From a virus: a stretch of 64,000 bases of DNA. A program made the translations under genes and the position numbers. The notes beneath the pieces were generated by a model. It searched no databases, had not been told where the DNA came from, and was given only the letters and a program-made list of their open reading frames with translations. Shown here in pieces: positions 18,601-27,183 of the stretch. The DNA lies in IMG/VR virus record IMGVR_UViG_3300002835_000041, positions 1-64,000 of that record; one strand, 5' to 3'. Position 1 is the first letter of the stretch. Each line of letters opens with the position of its first letter.

Positions 18601-20008
18601 AAGAATGAGAATTGTTGGTAAAATAGAAAACAGTTCATCCAGAGGACAGACTTCAAATGGTTCTGCAACCTACTATGTTGTCAATGGAAGCACACCAGAT
18701 AAAAATATAAATATATCTGGTGGATCTGGGGGTCTTGCGTTTATGCTAAACTCTACAACAAATGTCGGATATTATTTTGAAATTGCAGCGTTAGGAATAG
18801 GAAACCTTTCTAAAGATGAAAGAGAAAGCGTTAGCAATGTTTTCTTTTATAAAATCAAGTCTGATAATGGAAAAGCAATTCCAGTAAAGTTGTGGGAAGG
18901 TCTTGGAGAAATAACTGTAGACGATGGAAAGTTTACAGGTCAAGCAAGAATTGTTGCAGAAGAAAATCCAACAGTCTATGACCTTGCAGTTGAGTACCAA
19001 GATATAGGAAAAACAAGAAGATTTTATTTGTATCTAAATGGCAGACTGATAAAGACAGTTGATGACGCAGATCCTCTACCGATTTATTCTGGCATTGCTT
19101 TATTTTCAAGAGGTTCTTCAAGGGTTATGTTTGAAAATGTTTACGCTTTATGTAATAACTATTCGCAGAATACAACCTTTTCTCTTGGCGCTCCCATCAA
19201 CTCAGTATTTGGAGATTCCGATATTGATGCAAATGAATCCTTTAGAAAGTATGCGCTAAGCGGTTTAATTCAAAATACATACCTTTCTGGAATAGGAACA
19301 TCAGAAGCACCAAAATACAGCATCTTCTTTGAAGAGTTTGGAAGCATAATGCGAGAAGCAGCGACATTTAATTTTAAGTATGACAAGGCATATCCAGCAT
19401 TAACTGCAAAAATATCCCCAACATTTAATAAAATTAAGGGGTATGTCGTTTCAGGATTTAGGGCGGGATCCTATGGTGCTGAGTTTATGATTTTTAACGC
19501 AACAGATACAGCAATAAGTTTAGATGAAACTACTGGAAATTATTTGAGAGTTCAGGGAGTAACTTTTACACAGCAGTCAGATAATCGTTTAACTGTAGAT
19601 GATTATTTTAATAAAAATAGTTTAGCATCAAATCCAGAATTTGTTGCTGATAAACTAATTTCAAACCCTTATAAATTTAAGCAAGACTATCAAGACATAA
19701 AACTAAGCAGAATGACCTACGGTAAAAAAGATTTTTCTTTAACTACGCCATACATTCAGTCTTATGATGAGGCAACTAGTTTGATGAAATGGCTTGTTGA
19801 AAAAATAACAAAGCCAAGAAAATCTATAGGTGTTCAAATATTTGCAATACCAACGCTGCAATTGGGTGATATTGTAACTTTAGAATATGAAGAAAATGAA
19901 ATTAACATGGCAGCATCTCCTTCAAGTAGATTTGTGATATATAATATAGATTATTCAAGAAGTTCAGATGGGCCATCGATGACAGTATTTTTAAGTGAGG
20001 TAGTGTAA
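15620..20008 (+). CDS. Large minor tail / baseplate hub protein with a probable ConA/LamG-like beta-sandwich
   Basis: Coupled ATG at 15620. Hub-like 'TQTAMFFDEYNNFV' and 'IPTLQLGDIV' motifs. Beta-rich segment YDLAVEY..RRFYLYLNG. Confidence 0.7.
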   Translation: MFEDKDLQNFLETSQTIRNKSVITAEWNMNIPTNIKHIGNYRYRPTQTGSVYASLPTNFDINDAGNFYTGATDADVIVDGMFSNNNEPTTFLNKKEKLQTLYSLEDCFSQFRPRSGINKAVFFENRKFHHPNLFMADRPRYYMPDKNDKFKYWTSYRTEGRYKYTYSDASVSYGFDKTFIDKDGKEKNGIAENLSEYGIASIVRGSQYSIEDAAPFVVYKEKVPTNRVVVKMQTHVGTENLGPFSSPTGSIADAFFGELNQQTPSKWKIQFLREGNWETVISFDPALRRRDGSPIIKSDGYVEIAYGLIIPDEWRSTFVFAETYSSIDLRPEKSVVGYAYLIKPNDNDLGTFHIWNGDSYTVLTPKYGWYIQDETVDRLTNFVTDATSPDAFLKTLDKKIQYREFEYINGIRIVVDAMNKKDSTFDLIEISPRLAMNISDKTIDYSINKSASDLGVSGLPVGQLIASNGNITIFDHDQAFNPNNNNSVISKYIARHIQFKFYEVIVDVDGWDYYVPIKTLYSDAFPKQDLMTKRVSIGLRDLYWYLESMAAPEILMTEVSVSSAVSLLLDNIGFSNYTFKRVANEKEIIIPYFFVAPDTSVAQVLQDLAVSTQTAMFFDEYNNFVMMSKNYIMPTATERPTTFALKGTKDFIQDGEIRNKTNKPKLANVISVSTQENSVYNDGSINYSTRYIQRSIGSLRQASLVDDERYYTYKPALLWEVSGTQNTKSINNEVGTQSAYVLSAIPLNSDLTAEVPVVKNNVVINNTFSLGEAAYWITRYNGYFYSQGEIIKYDAVQYNVAGVGNVWITSTEDYQNYFSKLPFNGKIYPTGLVRIYSEPKYFEKDGVVKLQNGDVKKHGRGQFGTTIVAHSSGIADYWKLDDNVKGCYMLSEYLFQKDLTLPTTTVATSGKLTDAGVSSDALSRTSSRSGIIKNFMSTSFLGEISTATTVQKGTLQSSALSLTGPNFTTKEKPRNFISYVHKSLEDSKYKHFGTRMRIVGKIENSSSRGQTSNGSATYYVVNGSTPDKNINISGGSGGLAFMLNSTTNVGYYFEIAALGIGNLSKDERESVSNVFFYKIKSDNGKAIPVKLWEGLGEITVDDGKFTGQARIVAEENPTVYDLAVEYQDIGKTRRFYLYLNGRLIKTVDDADPLPIYSGIALFSRGSSRVMFENVYALCNNYSQNTTFSLGAPINSVFGDSDIDANESFRKYALSGLIQNTYLSGIGTSEAPKYSIFFEEFGSIMREAATFNFKYDKAYPALTAKISPTFNKIKGYVVSGFRAGSYGAEFMIFNATDTAISLDETTGNYLRVQGVTFTQQSDNRLTVDDYFNKNSLASNPEFVADKLISNPYKFKQDYQDIKLSRMTYGKKDFSLTTPYIQSYDEATSLMKWLVEKITKPRKSIGVQIFAIPTLQLGDIVTLEYEENEINMAASPSSRFVIYNIDYSRSSDGPSMTVFLSEVV

Positions 20009-20577
20009 TGACAACAGGAGCAACTCCAAATCTTCCAGATCCAAAAATAACAGTAGATGATGATTCAATAAAGATTGCCACACCTGATCTAATTATAAAA
20101 GATGATGAGGCTATGTCTATTGAAGTAATGACAGATCTAATATTTGAAGATATTGGCGGACAAGAACTTTCAACAATTTCTAGACACGATCTTGTTAATG
20201 GTCAAAAAATATTGTACACTCCAATCAAAAATTTAACAGATCTTTATCTGCAGTACAACCCAAACAATATACTAAGGCTTCAATCATCAGACTCATACTT
20301 TAAGTCTCTTTCTCTTTCTATCTTAGACCATTTGCCAAAATGTGGCACAGGATACACCATATCACCGCCACCACCCCCAGTAAGCGATCCAGGGTATGTT
20401 GAAAAAGATTTAACTAAATGGATAAAAACTCCAAACTGTAAATCAATATATATAGACCCTATAACTGGAGATCTAATAATTAACCTAATTAATCTAAAAG
20501 ATGGCGAGCAGGCAGAGGTTCAGGTATTGACAAGTGGAGCAACCTTTAATGATACAATATATACTGGAGGAAATTAA
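20008..20577 (+). CDS. Minor tail / baseplate protein (hypothetical)
   Basis: Coupled gene within the tail operon. Confidence 0.5.
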   Translation: MTTGATPNLPDPKITVDDDSIKIATPDLIIKDDEAMSIEVMTDLIFEDIGGQELSTISRHDLVNGQKILYTPIKNLTDLYLQYNPNNILRLQSSDSYFKSLSLSILDHLPKCGTGYTISPPPPPVSDPGYVEKDLTKWIKTPNCKSIYIDPITGDLIINLINLKDGEQAEVQVLTSGATFNDTIYTGGN

Positions 20578-21950
20578 TGATAACTAATATAGGTAAAAAT
20601 ATTTTAGCAAAGTACCTTGTGGGACAGACACCATCATATGCTTCACATATAGCGGTTGGGTGCGGGACTAAGCCATTGGTTGCTGACAACACTGTTACAA
20701 TGCCAGACTACTCAGACAAGTCCTCTCTCGAATTTGAAATGTTTCGTGTGCCAATCATTTCTCGTGGGTTTGTAGATGAGGGCGGAGTTTCAAAAGTTGT
20801 GCTAACAGCAGAACTCCCAACTCAAGAAAGATATGAAATCACAGAGGTAGGCATATTCTCTGCAGCATCTAATCCTGATGCTGGCTCTTTTGACAGTAAG
20901 ACTGTTTATTCTTTTTCTGAACTAGAGGCCTGGAAGTATTCTTCTCAGGGTACAGCAATACCCTCAATCTATGAACCACTAGATGATCGTGTTGTTAAGA
21001 TTATTGGCGCAACAATTGCTGCAAGAACCCCTTCAGGATCTACCTTGACCTATACTACAGACGCAGAGCATGGACTTTCTATGGGAACAGAAATATCTAT
21101 ATCTGGAATCTCTCCAGTTGTATTTAACTTGTCAAAGGTTGTTATTGCCACTGTTCCAACTCCAACTTCTTTTACAGTTGTTTCTACTACCAGCCTAACA
21201 GGAACATTCGTTTCATCTGGTTATTTGATTAACGATGTTGATACAAATATAATCAATCAAGTCTATCCAGTATTTCAAACAAATGCAGATAATAAAATAT
21301 TTACAAACTCAAACAGAGTTAGCAGATACGAAAGGTGTAGATTTTTAAATAATATTTTTGCAATATCTGGAAACAATGCAAACATTTCAATAAATTCAAG
21401 TGGTAACTTGATAGCAGAAACAGGATCAAATTTTATACAATTATCAAATGCATCTGTTGACTTTAGCAAAAACTCACCAACTGATGAGTTAAGGCTTGCA
21501 TTTTCTGTTGTCAACAAAGTTGGTGCATCCCTCACTCTCCCAAAATCTGCAAGAGTTATAGTTGAGTTTTCATCTACAGGTAGTTTTAAAACTGGAAAGT
21601 GGGCAATCTTTGAAGCAGTTGTAGATGATACTAATAATAACTTCGCAACCAATAGATATTTTGTTGTAAAGAAACAACTTCAGCAGTTACAAAAGAGTCC
21701 TGAATTTTCCTGGGCAGAAGTAAAGAATGTTAGAGTATATGCCTCAGTTATGAAAGACAATAGCGGAGTGCCAACTTCAGACTTTTATGTTTGTTTAGAT
21801 GGACTTAGACTTGAAAATGTTACATCTAACAACTCTGTATATGGGTTGACTGGATACTCAGTTATAAAAACACCAGAAGCAAAAACAATTATTAAGTCAG
21901 CAAACACAACAAACTATATTGAATTTAGATTTGGATTGGATGTATTGTAG
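20577..21950 (+). CDS. Minor tail / baseplate protein
   Basis: N-terminus MITNIGKNILAKYL..HIAVGCG and EITEVGIFS resemble tail fibre/baseplate attachment domains. Confidence 0.6.
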   Translation: MITNIGKNILAKYLVGQTPSYASHIAVGCGTKPLVADNTVTMPDYSDKSSLEFEMFRVPIISRGFVDEGGVSKVVLTAELPTQERYEITEVGIFSAASNPDAGSFDSKTVYSFSELEAWKYSSQGTAIPSIYEPLDDRVVKIIGATIAARTPSGSTLTYTTDAEHGLSMGTEISISGISPVVFNLSKVVIATVPTPTSFTVVSTTSLTGTFVSSGYLINDVDTNIINQVYPVFQTNADNKIFTNSNRVSRYERCRFLNNIFAISGNNANISINSSGNLIAETGSNFIQLSNASVDFSKNSPTDELRLAFSVVNKVGASLTLPKSARVIVEFSSTGSFKTGKWAIFEAVVDDTNNNFATNRYFVVKKQLQQLQKSPEFSWAEVKNVRVYASVMKDNSGVPTSDFYVCLDGLRLENVTSNNSVYGLTGYSVIKTPEAKTIIKSANTTNYIEFRFGLDVL

Positions 21951-22381
21951 TGGCAGACTCAGGAATAAAAAATATTGTTGTAAAGAAAGAATTACTAGGG
22001 AAAATAACAACAGAGAATGGAAGAATTGCAAGATTTAGGTTAGTGTCAGAAGACAAAAACAGAAAATCTGCATGGTCTCAAATATTTTCAGTAAATTCTG
22101 AATTAATCCAAGTTCTCCCAGGAGATATAAATGTTGTTGGCAATACAGTGCTTGTTAACTGGTCAAAAGGATCTAGAACTTCTACCCAAGAGATGTATGA
22201 TGTTTTTGCTTCATTTGATGGTGGTGCCTATCTAAATGTTGGTGTTGCAGTTGGCACAAGTTATTCATTTTTAAAAACTGGAACTACGTCTGTAAAGGTT
22301 TTGGTCCAGTTGGCATCTATAAACCCAACAGTAAAGACCTCTCTTAAGGTTTATGAATCTCCAGTCAAGTCTCTGGTATAA
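21950..22381 (+). CDS. Minor tail protein (beta-rich, FN3-like; putative)
   Basis: GTG start coupled to the upstream stop; beta-strand pattern. Confidence 0.4.
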   Translation: MADSGIKNIVVKKELLGKITTENGRIARFRLVSEDKNRKSAWSQIFSVNSELIQVLPGDINVVGNTVLVNWSKGSRTSTQEMYDVFASFDGGAYLNVGVAVGTSYSFLKTGTTSVKVLVQLASINPTVKTSLKVYESPVKSLV

Positions 22382-22388
22382 TTAGAGT

Positions 22389-22832
22389 ATGTCAAAATTG
22401 CCTACGCCCGAAAGAGGGCAACCTCTAGATGTTACACTTATGTATCAGATTATTCAAACTATTAATGATTTGTCTGCTCAAGTAACTCCATCAATTAATA
22501 AATATGTTACAGTAGATACCAAGGACTCTGGAAAGCAAAGCGCAAAGATTTCAGAAGCCCGTATAATCGGTGGCTATGTTCAAGTAACGCAGGGCACAAC
22601 AAAGACTGCAGGAACTTCTGAGCCATTTTCTTATCCATTTGGAACAGACTTTAAATTTGCACCAGTAGTCACAGTAACCCCTATAAATGTCGGAGGTACA
22701 GATGCTGGTAAGGATGTCACGGTAACAATCAGTAGCATCTCAACTTCACGAGTAGAAGGAATAGTTAAATTTAATACTGGTGGAGATACAACTATTGGTA
22801 TCAACTTAATCATAGTTGGAATACCTAACTAA
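22389..22832 (+). CDS. Tail-tip protein with an H-type-lectin-like C-terminal domain (putative)
   Basis: FSYPFGTDFKFAPVVTVT pattern. Leaderless promoter TGGTATAAT at 22374-22382. Confidence 0.45.
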   Translation: MSKLPTPERGQPLDVTLMYQIIQTINDLSAQVTPSINKYVTVDTKDSGKQSAKISEARIIGGYVQVTQGTTKTAGTSEPFSYPFGTDFKFAPVVTVTPINVGGTDAGKDVTVTISSISTSRVEGIVKFNTGGDTTIGINLIIVGIPN

Positions 22833-23023
22833 TGATGTCTTGCAAAAAATGCAAAGGTAGAATGTTTATAGATAGACAATATACTGAGATCAACCATCTA
22901 GAAGTATACTGTATGAGTTGCGGAGTGAGAGTATTTTTTCATCCACCTAGCCACACTTTGGAGGGACAATGGTTACTAAAAAGGGAACTATTGAGAGCGA
23001 AAAATACAATGAGTCACCTGTAA
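22832..23023 (+). CDS. Small Zn-ribbon protein
   Basis: CxxC (CKKC) and CxxC (CMSC). Confidence 0.6.
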   Translation: MMSCKKCKGRMFIDRQYTEINHLEVYCMSCGVRVFFHPPSHTLEGQWLLKRELLRAKNTMSHL

Positions 23024-23511
23024 TACCAGGAAACAAAAGGGTTTGGTTTCTTAACGGAGACCTTGTTAGAATCCATCATTTAAATAAGTCTAATGGGATA
23101 ATGTCTGTTTATAACATTACTAAAGATCAAATCGAAAGTTGTTTAATTAGTGACTTTAAAAATAAAAGAGAACGAGCATACACCGTAGGACAGACTGCTG
23201 ATTTAGTTAATCGTCATAAAAAATATCTTCCAGACTTAATGAAGCGAGGAGTTATCCCATTTCCAACGGGATCTCAAAAAGGCGGAGCCAGAGGGTTCCA
23301 AGTAAGATCATATTATTCAGAATCGCAGGTAAGAGCAATACGTGATATACTTGCTTCATACCATATTGGCAGACCAAGAAAAGACAAATTAATAACAAAC
23401 GATATTACGCCCAGCAAGCAAGAGTTGACACGCAGAATGGGCGATGGTATACTTACTTATAGGAAAACAGAAGATGGTCGATTTGTTCCAATTTGGAACG
23501 AGTCTATTTAA
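22969..23511 (+). CDS. HTH (MerR-like) DNA-binding protein
   Basis: YTVGQTADLVNRHKKYL..MKRGVIPFP...RSYYSESQV fits a MerR/excisionase-type HTH. Confidence 0.6.
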   Translation: MVTKKGTIESEKYNESPVIPGNKRVWFLNGDLVRIHHLNKSNGIMSVYNITKDQIESCLISDFKNKRERAYTVGQTADLVNRHKKYLPDLMKRGVIPFPTGSQKGGARGFQVRSYYSESQVRAIRDILASYHIGRPRKDKLITNDITPSKQELTRRMGDGILTYRKTEDGRFVPIWNESI

Positions 23512-23524
23512 CGAAGGGTATAAA

Positions 23525-23755
23525 ATGTCAGACAGCAATTATGTAGTAACGAATGAACCAACAAAGGTATCTGTAACTCTTGGATACACATTAAATCTAG
23601 GAAATTTTCAATCACTAAGACTTGATCTTGGCGTTGTTGACAGTTCACGCAATGGAGAGACAGTCGATCAGTCTTTTGAGCGTGTTTATAAGTTTGTTGA
23701 AGACAAACTAACCGCAAAGATTTTAGAGGCCCAATCGGAGGCTGCTGAAGGATAA
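23525..23755 (+). CDS. Hypothetical protein
   Basis: ATG 23525 after SD-like AAGGG; coupled to the next gene. Confidence 0.6.
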   Translation: MSDSNYVVTNEPTKVSVTLGYTLNLGNFQSLRLDLGVVDSSRNGETVDQSFERVYKFVEDKLTAKILEAQSEAAEG

Positions 23756-24063
23756 TGGCAGAACGCAAAGACCGCATGGCTTTGCTTTCAAGATACAGTA
23801 AGTATCATACCGCAAGGTACGAATCAAAGCCATCTCTTAATCTAAATGTAGAGCAGTGGGCTTCTGATGCCCTTGTAGAATCATACACACTGCCAGGATG
23901 CTACGATATACTTGAGTATTACTTTTCGGTTGCAGAGAATCCATCTTGGAATTACTTTGCATACAATGCAGAAAAAATATTACAGGCACAAAAAGATAAA
24001 ATTAAAGATATAGCAGAGCGCAATGAGCGCAGACGATTAGCAAAGGAGTGGTTAAGTGAATAA
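23755..24063 (+). CDS. Putative helicase loader / replication protein
   Basis: Helical protein directly upstream of and overlapping DnaB. Function inferred from synteny only. Confidence 0.4.
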   Translation: MAERKDRMALLSRYSKYHTARYESKPSLNLNVEQWASDALVESYTLPGCYDILEYYFSVAENPSWNYFAYNAEKILQAQKDKIKDIAERNERRRLAKEWLSE

Positions 24064-25276
24064 CACAGAGGCAAAACTACTTACGGCTGTCTTAAAAGAT
24101 AAACAAATCCATGTTCTGCTCCAAGCCAATGTCGACAACCTTCTTAGAACACACGGAGATATCTGGAATTTCGTTAGACTATATTTTGAAAACAATTCAG
24201 TCCTACCACCAGTAGAGTTGGTTACTGAAAAGTTTAGAGACTTTGATCCAGTGTCAGGTGTGGGCGCAACAAAGCATCATCTTGAAGAGTTGCAGGGCGA
24301 GTACCTAACAGATAGCCTAAAGGATATAATTAGATCCGCAGCATCTGAAATCCAAAATAACAATGGGAATGGTGCCCTTAATGAATTAATTACAAAGACT
24401 TCAGAACTAAAAAAGAATACTGCTGCAATTCGTGATATTGATGTTACTGATCTTGAGTCTGCTATTGCTTACTTTGAAAATGTTAAAAAGCAGCAGGCAC
24501 TAGGTTTATCTGGAATTAAGACAGGTCTTCCAGGATTTGATAACTACCTACCTTCTGGAATTATGCCAGGACAACTTGGAGTATTCCTTGCTTATCCAGG
24601 AATTGGAAAGTCGTGGCTTGCACTTTACTTTGCTGTTCAAGCATGGAAGCAGGGTAAGTCCCCAATGGTAATCTCTCTTGAAATGTCTGAGACCGAAGTT
24701 CGTAATCGTGTATTTACTATTATGGGTGAGGGTCGTTGGTCACACAGAAAGATCAGCAATGGCGAGATTGAAATTGATATGCTAAAGGATTGGCATGCAA
24801 AGAATCTTGCAGGCAAGCCAGAGTTTCATATCATTTCAAATGATAGCGGTGGAGAGATTAACCCTTCAGTTCTTCGTGGAAAGATTGACCAGTACAAGCC
24901 AGACTTTGTAATCGTTGACTACCTTCAGTTGATGGCTCCTAATCAGAAGTCAGATAACGAAACGGTACGAATGAAGAACCTTTCAAGAGAACTTAAACTA
25001 ATGGCTATCGGTGAAGAAGTTCCTATTATTGCTATCTCGTCTGCTACACCAGATGATGTTAATGACCTCTCTACGGTCCCTACGCTGGGTCAAACGGCAT
25101 GGTCTAGACAGATTGCTTATGATGCTGACTGGGTGCTTGCATTAGGCCGTGGGACAAACAGTGATATCATTGAATGTGCATTCCGTAAAAACCGTAATGG
25201 ATTTATGGGAGACTTCCTAGTCCAGTGTGACTTTGACAAGGGATACTATAGATATAAAGACTTTGAAGATAAGTAG
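24056..25276 (+). CDS. dnaB: DnaB-like replicative helicase
   Basis: Walker A AYPGIGKS, SLEMSE, Walker B VIVDYLQL, QIAYDADWV, FRKNRNG. Confidence 0.95.
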   Translation: MNNTEAKLLTAVLKDKQIHVLLQANVDNLLRTHGDIWNFVRLYFENNSVLPPVELVTEKFRDFDPVSGVGATKHHLEELQGEYLTDSLKDIIRSAASEIQNNNGNGALNELITKTSELKKNTAAIRDIDVTDLESAIAYFENVKKQQALGLSGIKTGLPGFDNYLPSGIMPGQLGVFLAYPGIGKSWLALYFAVQAWKQGKSPMVISLEMSETEVRNRVFTIMGEGRWSHRKISNGEIEIDMLKDWHAKNLAGKPEFHIISNDSGGEINPSVLRGKIDQYKPDFVIVDYLQLMAPNQKSDNETVRMKNLSRELKLMAIGEEVPIIAISSATPDDVNDLSTVPTLGQTAWSRQIAYDADWVLALGRGTNSDIIECAFRKNRNGFMGDFLVQCDFDKGYYRYKDFEDK

Positions 25277-25288
25277 TTATAATATGGT

Positions 25289-25645
25289 ATGTCAAAAAAG
25301 AATGATATACCGTATGAATCATACCATCATAAGCCTATCAAAAGGTTTTACCTTGATGGAATAATTCACGATGATTCTATGATCGGAAGGCTCAAAGAAG
25401 AGTATATACGATTATTGACTTCAGAAATGAAACTAAGTGGGTATGTTCCAAGAATTGATCTTGACCCAGACTTCACAATAGGGTATAATGATATAAAGAA
25501 CTTTTTTGAATTTGAATTATCAATACAGGCAGTCTACGCAGGGAAAAGGAAAAGCGAATGGATAGCAGGAATAGACGGAACCAAACCCATCTTTATTCCG
25601 CAGAGCAAGTCAAGCGAGTCCTTACAGGATCGGGTATTACCGTAG
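25289..25645 (+). CDS. Hypothetical protein
   Basis: ORF with TATAAT 5 nt upstream of the ATG. Confidence 0.6.
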   Translation: MSKKNDIPYESYHHKPIKRFYLDGIIHDDSMIGRLKEEYIRLLTSEMKLSGYVPRIDLDPDFTIGYNDIKNFFEFELSIQAVYAGKRKSEWIAGIDGTKPIFIPQSKSSESLQDRVLP

Positions 25646-26502
25646 AGTCTGAACTTGATGCAGACTTTATGATCTTTTGTCCATTTCACAATAATCACAG
25701 AACCCCAGCAGGAGAAGTACAAAAAGGTAGCGGAATGTTCTTTTGTTTTTCTTGCCAAAAATCTGCAGACCTTATAGAACTAGTTATGCATACCTCTGGC
25801 AGAACATATTTTGAGTCTGCAAGGTTTATAAAGAGCAAAGAAAAGTTAAGTAACATTGCTACAGAGATTGAAAAGGTTCTTGTAAAAGAAGAAGTCTACA
25901 AAACTTTTGATGAACTTATTATTAAAAGACTACACAATGGTTTAGTTGCTTCAGAAAGAGCAAGAAATTATTTTACATACAGAAAAATTGAAAAGTCATC
26001 TTGCATAAAGTTTGCGTTGGGCTATTCAGAAAAGCAAGATATGGTAACTGTTCCAGTCCATAGCCCAGATGGTATTCCGCTTGGGTTCGTTGGTAGATCT
26101 ATTGAAGGAAAAGATTTTAAGAATACTCCAGGACTTCCAAAAAGCAAAACACTCTTTAATTTGCACAGAGTCAAGAAGTCTGATAGAGTTTATGTAGTGG
26201 AGTCTTCATTTGATGCCATTAGGCTTGATCAAGTAGGGCTACCAGCAGTAGCAACACTTGGTGCAAATGTATCAAGCACACAAATAGAATTGCTTCAGAA
26301 GTATTTCAATAACATTATTGTTATTGCTGATAACGATGAGGCGGGAGGAAACATGAAAGATAGAATAGTTGAAAAACTTTCTACTCGTGTTTCTGTTATT
26401 AAACTAAACAATCAGTATAAGGATATTGGAGATATGCCAGACGAAGAACTTCGGAATTTAGAGTTTCAGTTTGACAAATCAATATCTCTTATGCTAAACT
26501 AA
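25558..26502 (+). CDS. dnaG: DNA primase (CHC2 zinc finger + TOPRIM)
   Basis: CPFH...CFSC zinc finger; TOPRIM motifs VVESSFDA and IADNDEAG. Confidence 0.93.
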   Translation: MDSRNRRNQTHLYSAEQVKRVLTGSGITVESELDADFMIFCPFHNNHRTPAGEVQKGSGMFFCFSCQKSADLIELVMHTSGRTYFESARFIKSKEKLSNIATEIEKVLVKEEVYKTFDELIIKRLHNGLVASERARNYFTYRKIEKSSCIKFALGYSEKQDMVTVPVHSPDGIPLGFVGRSIEGKDFKNTPGLPKSKTLFNLHRVKKSDRVYVVESSFDAIRLDQVGLPAVATLGANVSSTQIELLQKYFNNIIVIADNDEAGGNMKDRIVEKLSTRVSVIKLNNQYKDIGDMPDEELRNLEFQFDKSISLMLN

Positions 26503-26525
26503 TATAACAAACAAAGGAGAAATAT

Positions 26526-27182
26526 ATGAGCGTAGTAAAGGGACTCAAGAACATTAATGCCCTGCTCGACAAGCCAAAGTATGAAAACGACGGGCCAAAG
26601 TTAAAGTGGCTAAAACTTGCTGATGGACAATCGGTTAAGATTCGATTTATCGAAGAACTTGATGAAGACTCAGCAAACTATAGTGAAAGTCGTGGACTAG
26701 CACTAGTTGTTAAGGAACACGTAAATCCAAAGGACTACAAGCGCAAGGCTGTAGACACTATGGAATCAGAAGGTCGTGACTGGGCAGAAGAAATGCACCG
26801 CAAGGATCCAAAGGCAGGATGGCGTGGCCGTCTTCGCTTCTACTGCAACGTACTAGTTGACGATGGAATCGAAGCACCATATGTTGCTATCTGGTCAATG
26901 GGTATCAGCAAGCAGTCATCATTTAATACAATTCGTGAGTATGCACTTGAAACAGGAAGCATATCAAACGTACTATGGAAGTTAAAGCGTAATGGTCAGG
27001 GAACTGAAACCAATTACACACTTATTCCATCAGCACCAGACAAGGAACCATTTGATTGGAAGGCTGTAGAGCCTTATCCTCTTGAGTCAGCACTTAAGAA
27101 GATTCCTTATGCCGAGCAAGAAGCATACTACTTGGGCTTTGATGGCCCATCTGTAACTTCATCTACCAACGCTGATTGGTAA
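26526..27182 (+). CDS. Single-stranded DNA-binding protein (gp32-like)
   Basis: KWLKLADGQSVKIRF N-terminus, WKLKRNGQGTETNY, acidic/aromatic tail (NADW). Located between the primase and polymerase. Confidence 0.75.
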   Translation: MSVVKGLKNINALLDKPKYENDGPKLKWLKLADGQSVKIRFIEELDEDSANYSESRGLALVVKEHVNPKDYKRKAVDTMESEGRDWAEEMHRKDPKAGWRGRLRFYCNVLVDDGIEAPYVAIWSMGISKQSSFNTIREYALETGSISNVLWKLKRNGQGTETNYTLIPSAPDKEPFDWKAVEPYPLESALKKIPYAEQEAYYLGFDGPSVTSSTNADW

Positions 27183-27183
27183 T

